Origin: Fimbriosthenelais zetlandica
Taxonomy: Eukaryota
NCBI GenBank assembly: GCA_977030845.1
Contig: OZ365113.1
Location: 21,762,001-21,826,000 of the forward strand
Direction of reading: 5' to 3'
Length of the DNA stretch: 64,000 bases
The translations under genes and the position numbers were made by a program. Of the stretch, positions 52,455-63,981 are shown piece by piece; position 1 is the stretch's first letter, and each line of letters starts with the position of its first letter. Under the pieces are notes generated by a model, which did not search any database, had not been told where the DNA came from, and saw only the letters and a program-made list of their open reading frames with translations.

Positions 52455-52505
52455 GAAAAAATACAGAGAAAATTGGAAAATTGGCTAGTCAATGAGAACA
52501 TTTTA
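52455..52505 (+). mobile_element. Short LINE RT fragment (domain 2 approach)
   Basis: EKIQRKLENWLVNENIL resembles EKII..RL..WL..N.IL; the expected Q.GF motif does not follow. Confidence 0.4.
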
Positions 52506-52732
52506 ACGATGAGGAGGTACCTTTGCATTTCAATTTGGGTGATTATCCAGATGGGTAAGGACAGGAGTTATGTTCATGTTTCACCAAGTGTGAACGTCAC
52601 ACCTGATGCTGTGGGAGGACTGATTCTGAGGGCCATTAGTAATGAGGACACCTGATAATTGACCCAATCACATTAAGGCAATGAAGTATGGTAAGGCTAA
52701 TAGGACTCTCTCTCATACGAAGCTCACAATGA

Positions 52733-52749
52733 CTGCTGCTGCTGCTGCT
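52733..52749. repeat. (CTG)n short microsatellite
   Basis: CTGCTGCTGCTGCTGCT. Confidence 0.85.
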
Positions 52750-54157
52750 TGTTATTGAAAAGCCAGCAGAGGTCATAGTTAGCAGAAAATTAACACGATA
52801 ACATAGGCCTGCAGTGACCGAGCTCCTGGCAAACTGATATACAGATGATTCTATCGCTTTCCAAGAGTGTATGGAATAAACAAATGTGGTGATTGTTTGC
52901 TCAGTCTCTGGGTTCTGGCCTTATAAAATAAATAAGAGAGCAACTCTTAACTGACTGCTTAAGAACGGGTCTCAAAAGTTTCTGTTTATTGGACTTGGAA
53001 GCGTCAGAAACTTGAACTGGCCTCTGACAAGGTAATGCACTTTAGAAAACGGTCAGAAATGACTGAAGTTACAATCCAGCTGCCGGAAGCATAGGTCATT
53101 CTTCCTCTTCAAGAGGAGATAGCTAGAGACAAACAGGCCACACCTACTGCATTTTCAGGAATTTGACAATGGGGAAACGTCACATTAAAGTGAACTTTGA
53201 AGACTTTAGAAAGTTACTTTCTGTCGTCTCTGTCTCTTTCATCAGCTTGCGCACGTTCTGTAGGTAACTTTTCAGAACACTTCCATATATGGTCCATTAT
53301 AGTTGGAAGCTACAGGGTTATATAGGAAGCCAGTTAAAAACCTTTGCATGGTAGCATTTTTCATATGATTATACTTATAAACTTGAAGCCCAATGTCTAT
53401 TAATTATCTCCTATACTAGCTCACCTGAGTAGCTCATTACATGTAGATTTACTTATGATAAGCAAGAAATTACAGGCCCATTACACTTGCTGCGCTTGCC
53501 TTATAAAGGACATCGTACTTTCTGATATAACTTTGTTCTATATGAATATCACATTAGGCACTAGCGTGATTACAGCAAAGTGGAATATAGCAGGAGATAA
53601 ATGTTTTTCATATTTTACATATTACTCTCTTTTTGCCAGGCTAATGCGACTACAGCCTTTACTCCCTTGTCAACTTTTAAAGGGCATTTAAAAAGGTTCT
53701 TTTTTGTATATCGCTGTTGGTGAGATTAGACTTCAGGGAAACAACATCATGCATCATAAATAACAACGTGAGCACAATAACCCGTTTGAAGGTAATAGTA
53801 TGTATATGGGCATGATGATTTGATTAGATTAACGCAGCAAGAAGCGTTATAAATTCAATTTGTCAGCGGGCAGAAAATGTGCCGACTCGTCAGGATATGG
53901 AATTATAGTGAATTAGGGAATGGCTAGGAGACAGGGAGGGTCTTTGACCTTAGGGGACCAGCCTGTCAACTCGTGTGAGGCTGTTGCAATGTGGGGGTAA
54001 ATTATTAAACCCATTATGGAATGTATATATGCAGCAGTGGCAGTGATCATGGACACAGAAGGAACTGGTGAAGCGTAAAAAACAGCTCTCCGAACAAAGG
54101 GTATATATGGATGAAGATTGGGAAGGAAGGAGGGTAGAGTGGAAGGTATAAGTAACG

Positions 54158-54205
54158 GAACGAGGAATTTACAGAAGGAAGGTGGAGGACCTGGTAAGAC
54201 CTTGT
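54158..54205 (+). mobile_element. Short Rex1/Babar-like RT fragment (domain 6)
   Basis: ERGIYRRKVEDLVRPC resembles E..YR..V..LV.WC. Confidence 0.35.
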
Positions 54206-54210
54206 GGGAA

Positions 54211-54239
54211 AAAGAAGAGAAGAGAAGAGAAGAGAAGAG
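54211..54239. repeat. (AGAAG)n microsatellite
   Basis: AAAGAAGAGAAGAGAAGAGAAGAGAAGAG. Confidence 0.9.
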
Positions 54240-55342
54240 CAAAAGACGAAGGAAACTATTATAAACTTCACATTTACAATGCGTGTGAATACTAATTTTG
54301 CTTTCCCATATAACAAGCAGCAACACGTATCGGTCAATTTACCTTGACTCGGTTAAATAAGTAAAGACCTTCATACTGCAATTGGGCTGTCCAATCATCG
54401 GTCACAGTGAGGTCTTTCAGCCTAGCGGCAGTAAAATACAATACCAACACACATAAAGCTAATCAAACTACCTTCCTAAACCCACTGGGTGCATCCCCTC
54501 ATTGTGCAGGTCTGCTTAAGCGCTTCAAAATGAGAACTTTACTTCTGCCAGGCAAAGGAATAATTCAGTTTCCTTTTGCAACGAGCATATTCTTCATCAG
54601 AGTGGGCGTCAGGGGCTGAAGCCTGCCCATCCCGGCATCTCTAAGCAAAAGCAATTTCAGGCTTGAGGCTGAAAATAAAGGTGGTCTGTGGCGATTTTTT
54701 GCGTAAATTCACTGTCACCAATTTCCCAGCTAGACTAGGAGACCCAGAGGCGGGGTATACTATTAAATGACCATGGCCATCCAAGGGATCATGTGTGACT
54801 ACCTAGGCTTGGCAATTGGTCCCTTGTGAACCATGCTGCAAATCCAGAGAAAGCCGCATGTTGGCTGAATGGCCGGGTTAAGGTATTGAGTTTGTCCACA
54901 GTATGGTCCAGCTTGCCAAGACCTGCTTAATAAAACGGTCTTAGAAATTGTACTCGCTCTAAGTTATATTCTTAATATTACCAGAATCTATTCCAGAGTT
55001 TATATAATGTGAAAGGTGCAAATAAAATTATGCCAACAGTTCTAAACGTATAAACCGTGCCTTTAGGCGTTCATAGTAGTGATGGCATATGAATAATGGC
55101 AAATCTAATAGGCACACCAAGGTAAAACTTCTTGGAGATAATGGCGTTCCATTCAATTCTTTCTCTCAAGTCTCTATTGATAACGCGTCAAAATCAGGAA
55201 TATATTATAATATTCACAGAGCATCAAACCCGTGAGATAGACACCATGTGTAATTTTAGTTTCATGAAGAATCCAAGACATGGAGGCGTCAATATACAGA
55301 GATATATCACTAAGATGCTCACTGCCTCTGGTCTCCATAAAG

Positions 55343-55410
55343 CAGTTCCCAACCTTGAAAAAAAACACTGACACTGCAAGGAGAGTGTTATCTCATATAA
55401 ATTCCACTCG
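55343..55410 (+). mobile_element. Short hAT transposase dimerization-domain-like fragment
   Basis: QFPTLKKNTDTARRVLSHINST resembles FP.L..LAR.VLS.P.(S/T); the extra residues coincide with an ACACTG tandem duplication. Confidence 0.45.
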
Positions 55411-55709
55411 GTCCATCATTCAGGGAAGTGTTGGCATACATCCATCATATTCCAGCATTGATTCTCACCACAATCTTCTCATGTTCTGGCACATAATCCT
55501 ACTTCTATACAGTGCCGAAACCACCCATGTGTCTGGGTCTATTTTTGTGAATACAAATTGAAAACAGATAAAGGAGATTCATCGCTTCCATAATTAAGTC
55601 ATAAGGTTTGGTGTAACAAGATTAAGCCAGAGAAACCTGGTATTCAATGATTCTAGGCTTGTATTATTTCTACGGATGCGATGGTGTCTTGGCGCAGCTG
55701 TTATCGAAA

Positions 55710-55739
55710 GGAACCTCCTTTTGTGAACCCAAGCTGAAA
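55710..55739 (-). mobile_element. Short LINE RT fragment (Q.GF..G.S)
   Basis: FQLGFTKGGS on the minus strand. Confidence 0.3.
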
Positions 55740-56416
55740 TATTGCACTGCAGCAGTATAACGATGAGGCCAGGGTTTTGTCTTCGGAACCAGAATAGTGG
55801 AAACTTTATCACCAATTAAAGAAGACATCACTTTAATTCACAAAGCACCAGTCACTGAATAAAGAAGTCAACATTCGGTGTTCAATTCTGTGAATTTTTC
55901 AAAAGTTGGATAACAAACCTACGAAAACATGAAGTGACGTAGGTCTCAAAAGTCATCGATGGGAATGTAATTGACGTAGCACGTCACACGTGCCCGACTT
56001 TCTAGTCAGATAGGAACTTGGGAGTTTCAGTGGACTGCAGATTGGTAACTCATTGCCAAAGCACATCCTCCGCAAAGCATTACATTGTGTAGCCACCTCT
56101 AATTAGACTGACACCTCCACGATCCGTCCCCTACCCCTGCCCCGACACGCTTCCCAATTCCATTTCGATTGATTCTCAGCCAATTGCTTCCCCTTTTTTC
56201 CTTCAATGAGGGTTAGTCTGAATGACCGGCACCGCTGGTGAAAGCGCACTGCGAAGGGAGGGAAAAAGGCAAGAGATGAAGGGGAAAAGGCAGGAAAAAC
56301 TAGAAACCGGAAGCCACATGGGCCACAATTAAGCTGACTGACACAGTGGGGCGCCTGAGAGACTGGATTTAAGTGCAAGCATGGTCAACCGTCTGGGAGA
56401 TGAATATCGCTTGGGC

Positions 56417-56452
56417 CAAATAGCAAATGGTGCACCTGTGACCCTCCTCCCA
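56417..56452 (+). mobile_element. Short LTR-retrotransposon aspartic-protease-like fragment
   Basis: QIANGAPVTLLP resembles (Q/L)IDTGA.V(T/S)LLP, with the catalytic DTG degenerate. Confidence 0.3.
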
Positions 56453-59400
56453 TTATCTAGCCGTGAATACTTGGTGAATAATGATTGCCATTATACTCAA
56501 TTCAAGCCCTGCTACAGCCGTGATAGTCCGGCTAAATCTAGTGACCAGTTAGTTAAAATCTAAATGATATATTTTTCATATGGCCTGTAGATAATAATAC
56601 TGAAAGTATTACAGGCATGTGCTAGTAAATAATGGGAAATTCTGCATGTAATAATGGGAAATACTGTAGTAACATACCATAAGGCAATTGTACAATAGGC
56701 TAATGCATTGTTGTTCAATGTCCTGCAATAAATTGAAAATAATATTTCTTCCATGAAGGTAATATAATAAATTAATGAAGAATCAGAGGGCTCACTGCTG
56801 AAAAGTTGAGTTCAAGTTTTAGTTGTTAATGCATATAGCTTTTTAAGCTTTGCTTCGGCAAACAGGGTTCAAATGCAATATATTTTTTCTAGACTGGCAA
56901 AATAATTGAAAAGCTCGGGAACAAAATAAAATATTGCTTTAGTGCAAACATTAAAATTGGTTCGATTTTTGTTTAGTGATGGAAGCTAATCTCAGAGTAC
57001 ACCTGGCAGTAAGTTTTGTCAAGTACTGAAGAAGTGCACTGCGAATACAAAGGTCAGCACCGGAGTTCCATGAACGATCTTATCACATTACAGATTAATT
57101 TAGTTGTTTTCAGAGCTCGATCGGAAATGAAGTTAAAATGGCGGAGGTAGGGATTTGGGAAGGGGTTGTAAAGAGTGACAAAAAGGTGAATTGCATAATC
57201 ACAATGTAATGTGAACCGCAGCTGGTGGAAAACGTGGACCACATGTTTTCCTTCTTTTTACAAAGTTTAATCAACTAAAAGCTCTAACAATCAATAAATT
57301 AGCGAGCAGGGAGGATGCAGCACCCAGTTGGGCTGCGAGGAGGGAGGCAGTGATATAATCCAGGCATGGGCTTAATTTCCTGTGACTATTTGCAGAAGAC
57401 TAAGAAATCACATCCTCTCTTCATTACCGAAACAGAAAACAAGCAGGAAGAAATAACCAGCCAAAGACGGCTTTAATTCATGCATGGGAGAGTAGAAAGT
57501 TATATTTTCAGCCATATTCTTTACAAGCTATATATCCAGGTTGTTGACACGGCTAAGGTGTGAATTATTGAAGGCAAGCGATCACATCATAGACGGGGAG
57601 ATCAGGGGACGTGACAAAGTCATATGTCTGGATCAGGGAAAGTTTCTTCGGTAAACATTTTGCGAGTTGGCAAACAAACACAGCGGCCTGTTAGCTAATA
57701 CATCTCTGTCCACACTCTAACCCATGGATCTAACTTATCATCAGGGACTGGTGTCATTTCCCGAAGAACCACCACCCACCTAAAAAGATAAGTGACTGTA
57801 CAGCTAATCTGTGAATCATCAGAGTGATAGTAGGTACATATTGAAAATGTAATCCTATAACAAGACTCTTATAGAAATAGCATCTGAAGGTGTTTGTGTT
57901 GCATGCAGGTATGCCAGACTGAGTCTCAACAATGCCCAATGTAACATTGAGTGACACAAAGTTAATTAGTTCAAATCCTTGAAAATATCAACTGAAGGCC
58001 CAGTTTGATTTCAGGTTAGCAATCAGCTAAAGACAGCTAATATTGCTTACAACTGTGAGAGAGGCAGCTGTGGACCCTGGGGACTGGGTGAGACCACATC
58101 AAAGTAATCATGTTTGCACATCTATTAACCCGTCAGCACCAATTTCAGCGAGCAATTTAAAAGATCCCAGAATGTGATATTAAAGATATGGAGGGAGATA
58201 ACACGAAGATCCAAGACAGCTTCAGCTAGGGGGCTTCTTGTTCTGTCTGGTCAAAGGCCAGGGACAAGTGTGATATGTAGAATATAAGCACTTTGAAATT
58301 TTGAAGCAAGACAGAACAGAGACAACCAATAGGCAACAAACTCATAGCAAATACAAGGAAGCGTGCACAGGCAGTTCAAGAAATGTTCATGTTAAATCTT
58401 CATGGATTAAAATGTCACACCTACTATAATAGGATGAATCTAGGACACTGGGCAATGGCACTTGGTAGGATACCGATATGCCTTGCAAAGGGCAGGGAAG
58501 GAATTAACTGTCGGCAATGCGGCAATTTGCTGCGATGCCTATACCATTTGCTGTGTGCCCTTAAAGACCCAGCAATGAAAATTTTCACCATTCAGTGCGC
58601 TATCAGGCTTGAAAATTGCCTGTCCCGAAAATATTGAAATTCACCGTGATTCAGTGGATGTAGGGAGGCTCAACGTGAACCCGTGGATGCAGGAAAGTGA
58701 AACCTACATGAAGTAGCTACGATGTAGGCTACTGGAGGTGTGAATTATTTTGAGGTAATTACAACATGAGAGGAGTGTGAATATAATCAGTTCACCATCA
58801 TATATGAAGAGCCCCATGCAGATGACGACTAGCCCACCCACAGACAGAGGGCCTCAGTGAGTGATCGATGAACACGGGCAAGAAGCCACTTACAGCTTCT
58901 TTTCTCTCACCGGATAAGCCTGCATTAGCACCCTCATTCCTGAAGCCGCTTATAATAGGGCCTTGCCAACATTAAAAGCTGGTCATGTGGTTTTTGATGG
59001 AGGAGGGGGGCCACCTGGTGGTGGGGCGTGGTGTGACGGGGGCAGGGGAGGGCTGACAGGCTGGCCACATTGACTAATCGTGCTGCTAATGTTATGAACG
59101 CTAGTCACCACCACTTCTGCATATATACATGACATAAATTGATGGATTTCCACATGCGCATCGATCTCTGGTGGTCTCTGATTATCATCATTGACAATAA
59201 TGGATCGATCGGTTTTGCTTGGATATTGACAAATCTAATAAAACACAAGACTGTATGGGAATATAGAGTCTAGATAGATCGGCTGGGAAGGGTATATTAT
59301 TACACCCTTATGAATGTTCATTGATTAATTTTATACAACACATGAAACGACCCTCTGACATCAGGAGGTCTAACTCGATTTATGGCCATATCATAGAGTA

Positions 59401-61955
59401 CCCCTCCCTCATATATTTCATCCATATTAAAAAAAGACTAACCCAGAATAAAAAAAATAAACTTCGTGTTTAAGCGAGAATCCTCAACATGGCTGGAAAT
59501 CCTCTTAATATTTTTTTTCCATTGACAGCAGGCTTCTTTCAGTTCAATATGTCTACTGCGAAAAGCCATTAAGATAATCAGATTATCGATGCATGCAGTC
59601 AAATATAATTTTGATAGGATAGCTTAAGTCAACATTGGAAAATAGTCCATGGTCTGTAACTTTCATTTCGGAATACATTGGACAAGCATCTGAGACGAAG
59701 TGCTCAGGAGCGTATTTTCAATTTTCAAGTCATTAAGGGATCAAAGACCTGTTAAAATCTATCTGGGAGCGAAAGCAGTGGTGAAACTTGTCAAAATCCA
59801 ACTTACTGCACCAGAGGCAGAAGTAGTTCCATGTGTTAAAAAATCCATTATTATTCTGAGAGCGGTTTTATACTTTTTGCGGAGGAATTAACTGAATACA
59901 CATGAGAATATCAAACACCACAATTTCATTACCCTGATTAAAACAAACTGATTAAATCTAATTGTCAAGTTCTTAAAACGCAAAATTAATTGAAGTTTTC
60001 AACTTCGAGTTAAGTGTCCTCTGAGTTGGTTTAATCTAAGTTGGACTAGGGCCCATTCCTCATCGCTTTAATTGCCATGGCTTAGCACGCGATTCCTCAG
60101 CCTTTGGCATTGAAACCTGTTAAAACCATAAAACAAACATATCGGCCTAGGAAAAGCCTCTTGGATTATGGCCTTCCACTTAATTAAAACATCATCCACC
60201 TGAGTAGGTTTTTTGGGAGAGATGAGCAGTCCTAGCCGGGGAACATCAAACCGGTCATTGCTTCTCATTCAATCCAAGCCGCCACTATCCTTGGTCTGGT
60301 GATGGCCACCTCACCAGCAATAGTCTAATGACCGATCAGCCTCGCTTCATCATTGTCTCCAAGTAGACACCACCACACCTTGGCTCGCGTATTAGCTCGG
60401 GGCTCAGGCGGCCAAGCTCCTATAGGTTTTTTTTATTACGCTTTGGCTCAATACTTTCCTCAATGGAGGCGCAAGGGGCTTGTTTCCCAACACCTCGCCT
60501 ACCATTTCCTCCAAATATCAGAAAAGGTCTCACATCTGCGGCCACATTCTCATCAAGATGGCAAGTATATATCTCTCTTAACGCACCAGTTTTCAACACT
60601 TTCAGCTGTTTTATTCTATGAGGAAACTTTCTGAAACAATTCAATCTTAAGCCTTTTTGGCCTCCACCAAAAATAATGTGACACATACCAAGTCCCAACA
60701 ACAATATATTATAGTAGTTACTTGTTGTTCAGCACAACATAGTGAAATGCTTCCACTGAAAACAATGAACTATATTAAGTGATAAATGATGGGAAATTCA
60801 TGCATATAAAAGCATCTGAGGAATAGGAATATTCATAGAAGAGTTACATTGAGGAAGGTAGACTGATGTGCACAGATCTTTACTATATCAATCATCGTTG
60901 GCTTGATGTATCGCCGGGCCCTCAACAAATCAAATTTTTTCCACTATACTCTCTCTAGCGGGTCTAGCTCCAGCGTAACATGTATATGGTTTGTATGTGC
61001 TTAGAATAACACTGGTGTCTTCCGAGACACAGAAAGCGAACAAATTCACATTTCCCAAGCAAAGACTGTTCTAGTTTGAGATAATGATATGAAACACATT
61101 TAACAAAAAGATTGAGAACCCCCAGCATAAAGCCTCGAACACACTTATCCGATTCTCTGTGCGGCGCCATCCGATAGCTATCCGAAACTATATTTCTATT
61201 CACACCAAATGCTTGTGATTTGAACAGAGATTTACATCTAGGCAAGGCTAACCACTGACAAACTTTCAATCACTGGATGCCATGAGAAATGGAGGTTCGA
61301 ACGGCGACGGTTTGGAGAATCGGATTAGTGTCTTCCAGAATTGAAGAGATCCGGGAGACACAAGGTACCTGGGAATGGGAAAGGCTAATTGAAAAACTGC
61401 TAATAAGAGATATTCTTGCTTACAACAGTTCACTCCATCGGGACCACATGGTGAGATAGTCAGGAATAACCTTTCTCAAAAAATGGATAGGTTAAGAGAC
61501 AATAAGTGTATCCCATGTAGAATATCCAATGGCACTAAAACTCAAACAACTAATTATTTTATTGCCATATATCATAAAATGATTGTTGAAGCTGCTCTTG
61601 CCAGATGAAATTTGATCGGATAAGAGAATTGAAATGGCTAATAGGAAGACAAAACAGTAAAAGGTCAATTTGTTAAAGGGACTTGTTACAGTCGCACAAG
61701 GGACAAAGTTGGCCATCTGATTCAAGCAGATCTTAATTTGAAGCCATTCCTAATCAGAAGACCATCAAGTTTCAAAAAGAAGAAATTAAAAGTTAAAAAT
61801 GAAATTACAGAGTGTCACATCAGATTAAAGATTGTATGGGTTACATCAGTTAAATCATCGTGGCTGCTTTATATCCAATTTTCAAATACCCTCGATCTTC
61901 TCTGAAAAGAGTGTCTCAAATATTTAGCAATGGAAATCCAACAGCAAGAATTGTG

Positions 61956-62018
61956 GCTCCACTCCATATTGCTGTATACAAAGAGGCTACTTCCGCAGAT
62001 AAAATAACAAAAGTGCTA
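61956..62018 (+). other. Ankyrin-repeat-like coding fragment
   Basis: APLHIAVYKEATSADKITKVL has the (T)PLH.A....... ..IV..LL pattern. It is a single repeat with no exon boundaries identified. Confidence 0.3.
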
Positions 62019-62210
62019 AAAATTATTGAAAAAAAATCACTAATATGTCTGATGGAACAATTGTCAACCAACTGCAAGCCAATGATTCCCAACATCTGTC
62101 CTAAGTAGTCAGCCTAATGTGCCTTTACCTTGAAGAGGAATAAGTCTGTGTTCCTTTGAAAGGCACTCGAGCGCTTCATTCTGCCTTTGTGTTCAATATC
62201 AATAATCGCT

Positions 62211-62258
62211 TATATGACAGCCTTCAGATACATCCAGCATACTGAAAAGACAGACCTT
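62211..62258 (-). mobile_element. Short Ty3/Gypsy RT fragment (first catalytic Asp)
   Basis: KVCLFSMLDVSEGCHI resembles FS.LD...GF.(Q/H)I. Confidence 0.4.
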
Positions 62259-62618
62259 GATGGTAGTCGGTGAGGCATGGCAATTGTTATTCCTAGCAAG
62301 AGCCTGGGCTTCAATTGTAAAAGCTCTACATAGACACTTTCTCAAGGGAACGGGAATGATCTCCACCTTAGTGCTTGGTATTGGCTCCTCAAGTATTTGC
62401 TGCGTACATTTGCACACGTGCCAAAGTACAATAGCTTGGAAACACAATACAATAAGCTGAAGGTGGGAAACAACCTCAGGGCATGCAGAGCAGAGGAGGT
62501 GGTCAACTGTAATGACCACCCAGGGGCACGGTCAGCGATGTGGTCAAGGCAGGCGGGGGGCATGAATGATGTGACCTGAATCGTGAGGTAAATGTAATGG
62601 AAAGTCAACTGGATGCCA

Positions 62619-62659
62619 GTGGTGGTGGGTGGTGGCGGTGCCAGTGGTGGTGGTGGTAG
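62619..62659. repeat. (GGT)n imperfect microsatellite
   Basis: GTGGTGGTGGGTGGTGGCGGTGCCAGTGGTGGTGGTGGTAG; it gives the poly-Pro run in the 62342-63082 ORF. Confidence 0.85.
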
Positions 62660-63981
62660 AAGTGGCAGCCCACATCTTAGGTGGCAGCCCGCAACGAAAG
62701 ATTTAGAAGTTACCTTTTCCAAACGCACCTTACTCAATATCATGCTGTTCAAAGCGTTTAAAATTCTGAATGAGTGAACAAGATCCAATGGTAATATAAT
62801 TGAATAAGAACCTAATAAGTATAGCCTATCCCATTGCTTCAAGGTCCGAGATTCGCACTGTACACATTTCTGCTGGGCCAGAGTTGTTGGTTCAACAATG
62901 GAACATAGATCTTGGTTGGAGACAATTATTAGGAGACAATTTATTACGGGGTTAAAGGTTAAATTTTTCAAGCTTAACACTTCAGCTATATTAGCAGAAC
63001 CACTGGTGTCAAGGCACGATAGGATGGTGTGAAGGAATTTACCAGGTCTACAGTTCCGTGTGATAAGCCATTTCCCTGACATTTACACTGGTGGTGAACA
63101 ATGGTTCCAACCGTGTCCTAACAGGTCTCAACAAGACAAAAACACTTCAATGTCACCATCACGGTGAACAGAACCATTTCCACCATTCCTGACTCCCATC
63201 AACTATCTCAACATCCGCACCCAACTTCCACACCAAACCCCTTCCCAAAGTCGTCCCTTTTCCAAACGACTTCCGCACCCAAACTCTCATCCAAACCTTC
63301 GCTATCTACACTTCATTATATATCTATCCTAATATGTATCTTTTGATTTTCCTTTCTATATCAGTCTCTCATACAATTATGAATCCGATCTTTCCCATTC
63401 AGGATGTCATCAACTCCTAAATACCGACCCACCTATTCTTTTTTTAAATTCGAGTAATTCGACGCAAGTTAGCTGCACAGTAAAAGTTTCTTTCCAGCCA
63501 TGCACGCAGATGCCAAAACACAACCATTATATCCCCATAATGATCCCATGTCAAAACTTTCCGGGCTGGTCTACAGTAGTTTTCAAGTGAAAGTGGGATA
63601 AGAGGGAGGGCCGGGGATGGGAAGGTGGCTGCTGGCAACGCCTCTGTTCCAACTTGACATTCTAACCCTTCAGACCGCCTCCAACAGGCAACCAGCTTCT
63701 CCCACAAAGTACTGCCATCTTTTGATCTTTTAATGCACTGAGTGAATTAAAAATCCAGCAGGCGACAGGAAAAAAAGCCCGAGGCTCTACCTAGATGAAA
63801 GAAATGAAATAAATTACAAGAGGGGATATAGAAATTAATACATCTACGCTGCTGTTGCTTTCCCCTTACTTTCACTCCTTTTATCTTCTACTTTGTGTTA
63901 GTTGGCAGTATGTTGGTGTTGTATCTTTGTACACATTTCTTTTAAATATTTTTTTTAATATAATTTTTTCCTTTTTTTTGT

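Noticed and set aside
210-63707. Treating the computed 60-246 aa ORFs as genes
   Set aside because: They are short, overlap on both strands and have no full-length domain, which is consistent with chance ORFs or tile read-throughs.
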